DNA from: Camelus ferus
Taxonomy: Eukaryota
DNA length: 64,000 nucleotides
NCBI RefSeq assembly: GCF_009834535.1
Contig: NC_045696.1
Location: 85,872,001-85,936,000 of the forward strand
Direction of reading: 5' to 3'
Both the position numbers and the translations under genes were made by a program. Below, one piece after another: positions 52,202-64,000 of this stretch. Positions within the stretch are counted from its first letter, which is position 1, and each line of letters opens with the position of its first letter. The notes below the pieces were generated by a model. The model did no database searches, was not told the origin of the DNA, and saw only the letters and a program-made list of their open reading frames with translations.

Positions 52202-52686
52202 TGTTGCAAATTATACCTTCCAAACCCAGCCACACCCATATGTATTCCATCTGTCATGCTCTTGTAATGTGAAATCTAAGTCCTGTCACCTGGAATACGG
52301 GCTAGCCTTAGTAACTTGCTTCTACTGAAAAAAGAAGTGACACATTATGACTTCTGAGAAGTCATAAAAGACAGTACAGCTTCCACGTGGTTATCTTTCT
52401 CTTGTGAGGCTCACTTTTGCATCTCAGCAACTCTGCTGTGTAGAAGCCATGCTGGGTTTTCTGGTGGCAACTCCACGCAATAAACATCTTCAGGTACTAG
52501 ACATGTGTGTAAGTCTGTGATGATTCTAGCCCTCAGTCTCTGAGCCTCTGATGCCAAGTGAGACAGAGGGGAGCTGTCCCAGCTGAGGCCTGTCCAAATT
52601 GCAGATTCTTGAGCAAAATAAATGTTATCGTTGTTTTAAGTTGTTGCACATTGTTTGTTTGCTTTTTTTAGAAAATCTAACAACAG
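52202..52686 (+). mobile_element. MLT1F/G/H-like MaLR LTR
   Basis: 'gggctagccttagtaacttgct...gaagtgac...gacttctgag...tgtcccagctgaggcctgtccaaattgcagattcttgagcaaaataaatgttatcgttgttttaag'. Confidence 0.85.
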
Positions 52687-54254
52687 GTGACAGGAACACT
52701 AAATTTGAGGCAAAAAGTTTTGAGACGAGATTAGTCTTGTGTGTTAATAGTAAAGACTGTTTACTAGTGGAAATACTGCAAATTATATTGTCTTTGCTGA
52801 CTTTTAGTCATGATCTTTGTGCATATTTGGACATAACTAGTTTTGAGTTGACAAAGCCCTGTATAAGCAAACCACATATGCACAAGAAACTAGGGATAAA
52901 ATAGTCACATATTTGATAATTATTAGGTAACCACTGTATTAAAATAAATTGGGTTAAATAAAACACAATCCTAGTATCTACAAATACCTAAAACTGTGTA
53001 ACAGTTAAGCTTTTATTGCTTTGTGTTGACTGGAAGATTATTTTAATAGCTTGTTTTGAAAGAAGAAACACCTTTAATGGCTTTGTGTGATTGAGAATTT
53101 GGCAGATATTCTTTTCTTGTCTTCATCATAATCATACTGTTTATTTTAAAGTGCAGATAAGCCCTATTTGTAGAAGTAATTTAAAATACTTAAATGTCTC
53201 ATCTATTTTACGTAAATCACGTGAGCCCTGAAGGTATGATATATAGAGAAGATAAGATGATCAGTTTTCTCCAAGTGTTTTTTAAGTTATTTATACTCAA
53301 ATAAAAAGAAACACCTGTTTTATTAAAGAGGATAACCTTGACTGTGCATTTGCATAATCATGACATGGGCTTCTTAAGTTAAAATGTAATGAGAGAAATA
53401 TCTATGGATCGTGTAAGTGTGTCCTAAATAAATGGAGATAAACTGTCTCTCTCTACCCATTTATCCACAGGCTATCACCTTTTTTGTCACTACTTTTTGG
53501 TTCATTTCCTCTTTTTGTGATCTTAATAGGACACAGGTGAATAGCAGGAACTCTTTGCTAATCTTTTTCTAGCCTTGTGAAACAAGGAATGGAGAGAGAC
53601 AATCAGTCCAGTACCCTGCATATGCATATTAAATCTTGGCAAAGTTACATTCCTCAGGCAGGGAGCGTCAAAAGGACAGGGTCCAAATCAGGTCAGAGAA
53701 CCAATAGAAACTTGCCTCTGCACTTAGAAAAGGGTACAGTATAGTGCCAGTGATGGTAGGGGACCACTTACGGGTCAAGGTATAATATCAAATGTTGCAT
53801 TATTTTTCCCTTTCCAACTCAAGAAGGCTCATTTCATAATCCATTCTGATTACAAATAAAATTTTTTCATTCCATTTTATTTTGCCTGAAGTGAAATGAA
53901 CAAATTCAGGAGATTTTACTTATGTGTGTAGTCTTTTAAGTCCTGTTGGCAAAAATAATTATAACACACTAATAATATCACTGGCCTCAAATTTAGATAA
54001 GACCTTCCAATGAGCTCAAAATACTTGTATTTCCCCCTTGAATATCTTCAGCCATTTCTGAAAAATAAGTAAAAATTTGTATTCTTATTTAAAAGATGAA
54101 AAAATTAAAGAATTAAAATTAATTCTTGGAAGGCACGTTGTAATACAACATTAAAATAGAAATATTTATTATTAAGGTTGTGTGTTAATGGCTTGTTAAG
54201 AATGAATTGCTCATTTTCCATCCTAAATCTTTCCCTATCTCTCTTTCTTTCTTT

Positions 54255-54490
54255 CCTTTCCATCCACAGATGTTAAATGAATACCTACTATGTGGCAGGC
54301 ACTTAGGCTGTGGGAATGTCAACATTAATCTATGCTTTCAAAGTGATCACTGTGTATTTTTGGGAAAGGAGATTAATCACACAGTAAATCAAATGTTACA
54401 CTAACAGTTCTAAGGCAGGTGTAGGTAGGAAAGACTGGCTACCTCTCGAAGGGCCTGGGAGAGAAGCAAGCAGAGAATTCAGCAAGAATG
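54255..54490 (-). mobile_element. L2 3' fragment (interrupted by MER82)
   Basis: 'catccacagatgttaaatgaatacctactatgtggcaggcactt'. Confidence 0.55.
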
Positions 54491-54500
54491 AATGAAGTAA

Positions 54501-55110
54501 ACTTGATCCTCATTAATTGCTGATTCCATATTTGCAAATTTGCATACTCACTAGAATTTATTTGTAAACCTAAAATCAGTACTCACAATGATTTTATGGT
54601 CATTTAAGAGCATGTGCAGAGTAGCAGAATTTTTGAGATGCCTAACACACATGTTCCCAGGTCAAACAAGGTGATACTCTTCCTTTTTATTTCATCTCTT
54701 ACACTGTGAAAAAGTTTCCTTTTCACAGTCTGTTTAGAGCTACATTTTCCACATTTTTGTGCTTTTTGTTGATTATTTCACTGTTTAAAATGGCTCCCAA
54801 GCATAGTGCTGAAGTACTTTTTAGTGCACTAAGGCTTTTATGCGCTTTCCAGGGAAAATGTGTATGTTGGATAAGCTTCTTTCAAGTATGAGTTATAGTC
54901 TTGTTGGTTGTAAGTATATCACATAAAGTAACTTTAAACAGAAACACACATAAAATAAAATGTTGCGTTGGTCAGTTGATGAAACATGACCAGAGGCTCA
55001 CAGGAACCTAATCCTGTGTTTCCCCTAAGAACAGTGACTCAGTATTCACCAACTTGGTGTTTGCAAAGACACTATAAAATATAACTACCATAATAACAAG
55101 AACCAACTGT
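54501..55110 (+). mobile_element. MER82 (TcMar-Tigger) DNA transposon
   Basis: 'ttgatcctcattaattgctgattccatatttgcaaatttgcatactcactagaatttatttgtaaacctaaaatc...gtttaaaatggctcccaagcatagtgctgaagt...ataacaagaaccaactgt' matches the recalled MER82 consensus and TIRs. Confidence 0.88.
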
Positions 55111-55349
55111 TTGTGGAATCCCAGGCACTAGATTGAGAAGAAAAGAAAGGCATTCCCAGTAAAGAAAATGATCATCTACTAAGTATAAGAGAGTGATTTA
55201 TATTGAAGAGAAGGCAGGATCCTTTTGGTTATTTTCTGTGGAGCTCGCCCTTTCTGTTAGTCTGGATTGGGTGACTCTCTTACCTGTCTCCCATAGTTCT
55301 TTTCCCCACAGATCTTTTCAAAGTGTATTATAGTCAGTCACTTCTAGGT

Positions 55350-56020
55350 AGTGTGCCATGTTTTGTCTGATATGACATTCTTATTGTGGGGCATAATGAA
55401 TTAGACAAAGCATCCACACCCCTGGGAAAGACAGCCATCTATAGGCCCAACATAAGAAAGATAAATGATCCATACTGCATCATAGCTGATTGACCCAATC
55501 AAATCCCAGTCTCAGAAAAGTTGAATATAAGACGCTGAGAGAGATAGTGTTAAAAACGACAGAGACAAAGTAAGAGAATCTGAGAATACAGAGGAAAGCA
55601 GAGTCATGCTCATGGGGGAGTCAGAGGAATAAGGAGGAAGAGTCCCATTTCTTAGAAGACAGCAAAAGACCAAGCCACTAGAGCTGCTATTGGATCTCTG
55701 GGATTTCAATAGTATCTACTTGCTTTTGGTCTCCAGCAGGCTCAACTCTGGTTTGTTGAGATGGCTTTATATGTATAAACACACACATTCACACACACAC
55801 ACACATATACACAAACGTAATCAATACTCAGTTACTTCATTGACGTATAGGTTCAGTGGCTAAGCCAGTTTCAGCTCTAAGCTACAGGTTAAGTTCAGAT
55901 TTGCTCCTTGTGCCTCTAATTCTGAGGTTCAGGCTGAAGTTTCACTGGCTTCCTGGGCCATAATCTTCTCAGATGGATGAAAACACCTGGGAGAAGTCAA
56001 GCTGAAATACAAAGCATGTG
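55350..56020. mobile_element. Degenerate LTR/MaLR-like fragments flanking a (CA)n run
   Basis: GA-rich LTR-like middle (55530-55700) and MLT1-like 'gttcagatttgctccttgtgcctct...caggctgaag' (55890-55960). Confidence 0.35.
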
Positions 56021-56469
56021 TGATAATCAGGATACCTGAAAGTAGATGTTCCAGAATGTTCAATTAGTAGGAAAAGCATCTGAGAGTATTAAACAATTTG
56101 GGGGGGAGCTAAAACTGTAATTTTAAACTTATGAAATACCAGCAAACATTATATATGACTCAATTTAATAAATGAATATGTATTAAATACCATTTAAAGA
56201 TTGCCATCGAGATTTTTTAAAGTGTAAAAACATTTAAAAAGCTTAAATATTTTATTTTATTTTCTATTGTTAAAAAAAAAAACCCAGGCATATTATATGA
56301 GAGCTAAATATTATCTGAAACAGTGTTATGTATGTCAGCTAAAATTCAGAGAACAATGACTGGATGTGTAAATATCGGAAGCATTATAGTTCAGCACTGA
56401 GTCATTCAGCTTTGCTGAAAATCAAACATGCCTAACATTGTTCAACCGTATGAACTTTTTCCTTGGTAT

Positions 56470-56802
56470 TCCCTCTACAGGGAATACTCTCCATCAGATA
56501 CCTGCATGGCTCTTTCCCCTGCTTTATCCAGGCCTTTGTTCAGGGTCATTTTCTCCGAGGGGTCTTCTCTTACCACCCTCGCTAAAATAGTGTAGTGGGA
56601 GAGTTCTGTTTTGTTCCTTTGAAAAGTGCTTTCACAAATAAGTATTGCATTATATACTTACTGGATTTTTTTCCCCTAGTAGAATGGAAGCTTCATGAGG
56701 GCAGGGGATGTATCCATTTTATTCACTAAAGTGTTACCAGTGCCTACAATAGTACCTGGTGCATAGTTGGCACTCAAAAAATGTAAGTTAAATAAATGAA
56801 TT
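56470..56802 (+). mobile_element. L2 3' end
   Basis: 'ctagtagaatggaagcttcatgagggcagggg...ccagtgcctacaatagtacctggtgcatagttggcactcaaaaaatg...aataaatgaa'. Confidence 0.85.
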
Positions 56803-59800
56803 GTGCCTTTCAGTGTTACAGATTATGATAAATCCATATTGAAAAGATGTCAGGAAATATTGGAACAGATATGATAACTTCTCTTTCAGTGTTACCTGTG
56901 TTTTCTCCTTATCTCAATATTAGTTCCATGAACGAACGAACCACACTCATTAATTACTTTTCTGCCTAGGGTTCCTTTTAATGTAAATTATTCTAATGAT
57001 ATTTAAATTTTGACAGATTTGCCCTCAAGGAATGTGTTGCCTAAGGATAAAAAATATATTCTAGACCTGTTTAAATAAGCATATACACATATCTGGGAAA
57101 ATGTTTCAGTGTAATCTTTATCACAATATATGTACTAAAACCTAAGACTTTTCTACTTAAAAAGCATTTCAAAACATATTATTTTTATTGTATTGTGGCT
57201 TTTAAAAAATAAATTAAAATTTTTTGTTAAATTATATACATATTATTTTAGATTATATATATATATATACCAGATAGATAAATATAATTTCAGAAATAAA
57301 CAAAGGTTAAATATTTAAGTCTTACCTCTCATAAAATTTAATGTTCCTGTTTGGCTGAATGGATTGTTAGGCTGGGATTTTGAAGATTAGTGATAATTCT
57401 GTTTTATTTAATACATGTAAATATAAATAATTGCAAAAAATTACAGTAATTTATAATAGTTAGGTCTTTACAGAAATACCGTGAAATTAGAAAAATATAT
57501 GCTAACAATTTACCATATAAAACTATACTTGTGTAGTGTCTGTGGGTTCACTGCATAAAGCCAAGAAGCAAACCCCCCATTTTCATAAAAGCAAGAAAAT
57601 GAAAGGATATGCACTGAGTTTCCAGTTAAGGATAGGCTTGGCCATTTGGAATCCTGTTGCATCAGTACATGTATACATCAAGAAGGAAAAGCTGTAGTTT
57701 TCAAAGATCATATAATACTAAATGCACAAAGTCGTCTAAAAGGAAACATAGGCATCATTATGTACAATTAGGGAAACTATGTCTATTATTATGTACAGCA
57801 GATGAGTGCCTTGTCCATTGTTTTGTCTCTAAACAGATTTTTTACTTTCACTTTGCAAGATTAAAATGTCCATTGAGGAAATTTTTTCAAAAAGTAAATC
57901 TTCTACCAAAGTAATAGGCACTTGGTCACAAAAAGGTTGGCAGAACCTCTGGACATTATATCCCTTAACTGATTTCCAGTGGTAAGGGATTCCTTCTTTC
58001 TCTAGCTCTTTATCAAAATGGTTAATAAGTTACATGTTCTGAATTCCACACTGGTTGGACCATTTTAGGTCAGAACCAATCACTGTCAACAATCTGAGGA
58101 AATGTACCTCAACTAAGAGCTGTGATTAATCTCAGCTCTCAGGGAGCTTTTTTTGGGTTAGGCTTTTCCAAAGCACTAGGCAGGAATGGGGAACTCAGTT
58201 CAGACAGTGATGTGACCGTATATATTCCCTTTCTGCAAGGAGCCTTTCACTTTTACATTCATACCACATTTATTTTTATGTATGTGTATGCTTTAAATAT
58301 TCTTAGTTAAAACACGTATAGAAAGAGAAAAAAAAGTATACAGTACAGTAATATACAATGCTTAGAACAGAACATCAAGTTTAGTGTCTTCATAATTGGT
58401 CTGCAATTTAAGTCTTGTTTCGCAAACAATCCTGCTTTTCCTAAATAATGGATTGCTTTTAAAACCAAGCCAATAAATGGCTTCTTTGGAAGAATGTTAC
58501 CCATTGCTTTAAAAAACAGTCAGCCAAGAAGCATTGTAGTATTAAGCTTTCTTAAAAAATCAATCAGTGTATTTTACTGAAGAGAAATTTTGAATTACAA
58601 AAATAATCATTTCATAAATAAATTATTTGTCTCAAAATTCTGAGTTTACGTAGTTAAATCTGAAGAAGATGAGATACCTCAAAGTAATATTTTATGCTTT
58701 TGTTTGAATAATTTGTACTATTTTATTTTATTAGAACGATAATTTTGTCAACTCTAAGACAATGCTATTTTATGTTTTACTGAGAAAGATATCTACCAAT
58801 TATAATAGTAAAATGCAATTGATTATTAAATATATTCTTATTTCAGTTACGTCAAATTATGAAAACATGAGTGATTTAGAGTTGAAGAAATATAATTTCA
58901 TCAGTTTTGGGGGAAACTATGACATAATATTATACAAAAAGACAAATGCACTCATCTATCAATTAAATAAACAAGCAACTGATTGTCCAGACTTGTTTTA
59001 GACAAGAATTATTCTTTACTGACTACATTTTAAAAAATATTTATATGTAAGCTTAGAATATGGATAATACATTTCAACAGAAAATCAAGACTTTTCAAAT
59101 AAACTGGTATTATTTTATATGGTGATTTTAAGAGGATGTATAATTTTTAAATTTTTAATCTAAATTGTTATCTTTGGTAGTGTTGAATACTAGATGGTGA
59201 AGATAATTTTTAAAAACCCATTTACTCAATATCTTGAACAATAATAAAGGGCATACTTCAGTGGTAGGATATGGTGATATCAAAGAATCAAAGAAATTAA
59301 CATTCAACTCTTTAGCATAGCTTAATGAAAACGGAAAAGAAAAAAAGCGATTCATTCTCAGAATAAACATAATATGGATATTGTAGTTCCTTAAAAATTT
59401 TCCCTCTGGGTTTGAGCAGTCATTGATGATATGCTTATCAGGTCAAACCTTAATTTATTTCAGCACACTATATTTGCACAAATTTATTTCCTCTACTTGT
59501 TTTTATTTATGTAGTGATTGTCTAATCAAAATAGTTTGTATGTCTGAGTGTCTTTTGATGATCATCATGGAAATAGTCAGTTGTACCACAAAAATTACAT
59601 TACTTGTCAAAAATTTTTTTTAAGGCCAATTAGCAATCATACAATAAGCCTCAAGTAAAATTACCTTAAAAGTTTTGCAACTAAATAAGTACATCAAAAG
59701 CAGAAGTTTAAATAACACTCTGCTAATTGTGGCAGAGATAACAATAATCCTAATGTCTAGTCAGACTGGTGGAACTAGGTAGGAGGAAAGTGCTGATAGA

Positions 59801-60353
59801 AAGAAAAGGAGGTAGCTATGCACTTCCTTTTCTGAAATATGTCAAGCTGATTACAAAAGACTGCAGAAGGAAATGAGAGCAGTGCTAGAAAATATAGATG
59901 ATCCCCCTTTAGTCCCAATTATCCCCTTTATCAGATCTTATTTTATTATAGTTATTGATGCTAAACATAAGGATTGACTTTGTTAATACATTATTGTGTT
60001 AGTAATTTTTATCTTCCTTTTCCTTTTATAAAATTAAAAAGATCATCATCACTTTTAAAAAGAAAATTTCTAGTTGCAATTTTGGAAACATTTTAAATTT
60101 TGACTTGTGCAATCCGTTTTTTTAACTTGTTTTAAAAATATTCATTTCAAAATTGTGGCTTTTTATGGTAAAAAAATAATACATAGTTGTCTTAAGAATG
60201 GAAATTAAATGAACTGAAAGAGTGGTAAAATGCAACTAAACTTTACCTTCCAAATGTAAGTACCCAGCTGTAAGTATTGTGATGTTAGTAATGTAAATAC
60301 CCATTACTCCTTCCTGATCTCACATGAATCAACTTCAAGTTAATAGTATTCTT

Positions 60354-60669
60354 TTTTTTTTTAATTTTATTAAGTTATAATCAGTTTACAATGTTGTGTC
60401 AATTTCTGGTGTACAGCACAATTTTTCAGTCACACATGAATGTACGTATATTCATTTTCATATTCTTTTTCACCATGAGCTACTACAAGATCTTGTATAT
60501 GTTTATCTGTGCTATACAGTATAAACTAGTTTATCTATTCTATATATACCTGTCAGTATCTACAAATTTCGAACTCCCAGTCTGTCCCTTCCCACTCCTC
60601 TCCTCCCTGGCAATCACAAGTTTGTATTCTGTGTCTATGAATCTGTTTCTGCTTTATATTTAAGTTCAG
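60354..60669 (-). mobile_element. Young, 5'-truncated lineage-specific L1 3' end with poly(A) and TSD
   Basis: Poly(T) then 'tttacaatgttgtgtcaatttctggtgtacagc...gtgctatacagta...ctggcaatcacaagtttgtattctgtgtctatgaatctgtttctg'. TSD aatagtattctt (60342-60353) and aatagcattctt (60670-60681). Confidence 0.9.
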
Positions 60670-61597
60670 AATAGCATTCTTAGTGTAAAGTTTGTCTTCG
60701 GCTTTAAATTAAAAACTCATAGGTAGACATTAGATGTATACAAGGCAGACATTAGAAAAGTCAGACATGACTTATACATTCAAAACTAGCATTTTAATTG
60801 GAAAGGTTAAATATTTTATGTAAGCAAAAATATAAGATGATACATAAAGACTGAGAAGTGTGATAGAAAGTAGGTGAGGACAAGAGACAAATAAGCTGGA
60901 AAATAAGGAGGTCCCTGAAGAACTAGCAGGCACAGAGACATGCAAGTCAACTTCCAGAATGCCCATGTCATTCAATCTTTCTTTGGGCCTACTGCACCAA
61001 TCCAAACAGGTCTTCATGCAATGGCAAGATGTGTAGGTCATGCAACACTGGGAGGAAGTATGCAGAGGACATTGTAGCATTCTGAGTGAGGCTGGCCTGA
61101 GGAGGAATAAAAAACAAAACAAAACAAACAAAAAAAGCAACTGTCCTCTTGTGCCATAACTCCTGCAGTGCCTACTTCTGTGCAGGTAGCCAGCTGTGGG
61201 CAAGGGGAACTCTACTGGCACCTGCACTGTGATGCCCCATTATTAGCTTACTGTGATCTCAAACCCTTTTCTTTCCAATAATAAAATTGATAAGGACAGT
61301 CCCTAGTGTGAAGGATGAGTTTCCACCCTGCCAATGACTTGGAGTGGGCAGTTGTCCCCTGACTGGTAAAGTCTATGCTATTAATAATAATTTATAATGC
61401 TTATTAGTCTAATATATATGTCTTCTTTATCTCAAAAGCAAAAGCCACTTGAAAAAAATTCTTTCAGCTTCCTGCATTGCCCCATTTTCAAGTTATTTTT
61501 GAAAATGTTTGATTTTCAAGAAAAAAAAAATGCATGAGATGGGTTCTAGTTTATAGCCTAAAGCACAGGGTAAGTGAATGAGACTTAGCCTGGGGTT

Positions 61598-61657
61598 AAA
61601 AGCAAAAAGCAAAAACAAAAGAAAAGCAAAAACAGAAGCAAGAAAGTAAAGCAAAAG
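61598..61657 (+). repeat. Imperfect (GCAAAA)n A-rich simple repeat
   Basis: 'aaagcaaaaagcaaaaacaaaagaaaagcaaaaacagaagcaagaaagtaaagcaaaa'. Confidence 0.7.
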
Positions 61658-62029
61658 GCTTTTTTTTATTATTTTGTCATTAGCCCAAGGAAAATGTCTG
61701 GCTTTTCAATTTAAACGCAGGAGGTGTCTTGTCTAATGATTTCAAAATGTAGGTAGAGTTCTCCATGCCTGCAAGATTCACATTCAAAGGATCAGTAGTT
61801 CTCTAGCTTCACTGCTGTTACTACTTTAGAAATATACCTCTTATATGTAGTTTTGAATTAGAACTTTTGGGAATAAGCTATCCTAATAAAGTTTGAAAGG
61901 GAGAGAGAAAAGTAAAATTGGAAGTTCCTAGGAAGAGAGAAAATCTCTACCATTGAGGTCTAAGATTACATTCTCCCAGTATCATGTTTGGGGACTTGAC
62001 CTCTTCTTCACTATCAAGCTATGGATATC

Positions 62030-62420
62030 AGTGTTGAGCCAGTAAATATTACCAAGTAGATACTAATCTCCTAGAATTCTAAGGAGGTGCAGCCAGTTTC
62101 AGATGTATCTTGATCCAAAGGCATCAATCTACATTTCTAGATTCTTCATGTTAATAATGTTTTCAAGAAACCAGTCTCCATGGTGACCAGCAAGACTACT
62201 ATTGATAATTATATGCCTTTATTGCCTTTACAGCTCCTTTCCTAAAAAATAATAATTTGACAAGTTTCAAGAAACACTGATTGGTCAATTTTGTTTCAAG
62301 TGTCCATCAATGACCCAATTATTATGAGTGAGGGTTTGAGTAATAATTAGCAAGACATAGACAACTGACTATATTTTGGTCAGGAATGGTAGTGTGGGAA
62401 GGATTCTCAAGTGAAATGTG
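62030..62420 (-). mobile_element. Old MaLR LTR (MLT1J/K-like) fragment
   Basis: 'cttgatccaaaggcatcaa...catggtgaccagcaa...ctgattggtcaattttgtttcaagtgtccatc...gacccaatt'. Confidence 0.5.
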
Positions 62421-63414
62421 GATTAAGCATGTTTGTATACAGTCCTTTAATGAGGGCAAGGGATTATGGTAGCTCTCACCTTTACATATAGAAAGATACA
62501 GAGAAAAAAATTTTGGAAACTGGTATTAATTGCATGAATATTATTTGCATATGTTTGTTGAGATTGGGTCTATAAGACACCAAAATATTCTTTCTTTCTT
62601 TAGGATAATTTCACACAGTCTTATGCTATAATTTTTGATGTACCTGTACTATTTCCCCGTCACATCCCTGAGAATGAGATGATGATATATATCCATCTTT
62701 TTGTCTTCCAAATCACCTGGCTACTTGTTTTTCACAAGGCAGAGCTCATTACTATACTTGTGAATAAGTAAAATGATAAATACTTAACTGAGTGACGTAA
62801 CTGGATATTTCTGAATGATGGTGTTTCTAAAATTAAGAATCTAAATAAACAAGAATAAAAAATAGGGCTTAAAATTGTGTCAGGAAAATTGAGAAAGGAC
62901 TATTTGGTTTTTGGCAAGATTTTGATTTGCTTAAGTGTTTTGCCTGGATTTTTTTCCTCCTTCTCTGCTCAATTTATCTTGCTGGAAGCCAAGCCCAGAG
63001 CAAAGCTGAGACAGAAAAAGGCTGTTGGTAAAATGACTCCAAGCAGATAAGTTAGAGGTTCTGAGCATCACTGCCTGTAGAAGACATTAGAAGATGAGGG
63101 CATTTGTGACACTGCCAAATAAGTGTTATAAATTCTTGACCTGGAAATGAAATGTGATATTAAAATGGCCTTTTTGCATCTAAAGAATTTCAAACTCTCC
63201 CTACCTTTCCCCAACTTAATCTAACATTAGAACCTGACAGAACAAAATGACTGTGATCTAGCAGAAAATGATGAGGCTCACAGCAAAGGAGACCATGTGG
63301 TTTAAGTGATTGAGGGACTAAAAAGGAATTAAAAGGCAGAAAAATGTCCTACACAGAAATTCCCCTGCCAGTCGTGATAGAGTAGGCCTTTTGAAGATGC
63401 CTCCAGAGATGACA

Positions 63415-63615
63415 CAACGTTTAAGAATGTTGGATCTGGAAACAGACTCCTTGGGTTCAAGTTCCAATTTCGATATTCATCATCTCTGGCACTTTGGACA
63501 ATTTAACTTGTTTTTCCTTCAATTTCTTTATCTGAAAATGGGCCTGCACTTCATTTGATTGCCAATATTTGTGATAAAAGATAAAATACTTTAAGAACAG
63601 TTCCTAGCATATTCT
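63415..63615 (+). mobile_element. MIR SINE
   Basis: 'ttaagaatgttggatctggaaacagactccttgggttcaagttcc...tttggacaatttaactt...cctcaatttctttatctgaaaatggg...ttaagaacagttcctagcata'. Confidence 0.8.
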
Positions 63616-64000
63616 GTTAGTCATAGAAGGCTAACTTCTGTAACAGCTGCAAAATTCCACCAAACAATATAAATCACTGCCCTTCCAGCCTCCAATAACA
63701 GTTTCTTTGCCACTCAATATGGAACCCTGAAGTCAAAGCCATCTGTATGTTTATTCTGAGTCACTTTCTATACTAATTAGCTCACATATATAATCTACTC
63801 ACAGTTTTTGTAATACCTAGACTTCCCCAGACTAGAAAAAAACAGTTCTCTACGTACTCCTGCCTAAATCTATAATTCTTCAGATGGCTTGCCTTCTTCT
63901 TTTCTTAGTCTTATTTTCCTGTAGAGTCAACGAACACTGGGTAGTTAATGACATCACTTAATATCATCTAAATCCCAAACCGTCATTCCCAAGGAGATTC

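Noticed and set aside
60772..61227. Longest ORF in the track (151 aa, minus strand)
   Set aside because: It runs through a (CAAAA)n simple repeat, has low-complexity F/L/S composition and no recognisable domain. Consistent with chance.
30480..62560. Several ATTTGCAT octamer and TGA(C/G)TCA AP-1 sites
   Set aside because: They are dispersed, and the counts look compatible with chance in AT-rich DNA of this length.
1..64000. CRISPR arrays, prokaryotic operons, numts, tRNA/rRNA genes
   Set aside because: I see no regularly spaced repeats, dense ORFs, mitochondrial-like sequence or structural RNA signatures. The sequence is mammalian nuclear DNA.

Overview
AT-rich, CpG-poor eutherian genomic DNA that reads as intergenic or deep intronic. 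I recognise no host protein-coding gene, tRNA, rRNA or CRISPR array. Almost all ORFs in the track are chance ORFs or lie in repeats. The window is dominated by old interspersed repeats: L1 and L2 fragments, MIR, MLT1/MER21/LTR16 LTRs, and the DNA transposons Tigger5/MER47, MER82, MER103 and MER5. It holds two retroviral protein fossils. One is a heavily deleted class I ERV internal region (gag-MA, RT connection, RNase H, integrase) at about 28.3-30.4 kb. The other is an ERV-L integrase plus dUTPase remnant joined to an LTR16-type LTR at about 37.6-38.7 kb. There are also two well-bounded, probably younger solo LTRs with target-site duplications (39557-40203 and 49190-49831) and a young 5'-truncated L1 with a TSD (60354-60669). 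That L1 3' end and the absence of abundant lineage SINEs suggest a camelid-like host (inference). Repeat subfamily names come from recalled consensus motifs and most repeat boundaries are approximate. I found no convincing novel system. The best leads are a possible LTR-driven minus-strand spliced non-coding transcript, an E-box/TCF/homeodomain motif cluster, and two unexplained DNA inserts inside L1 copies.
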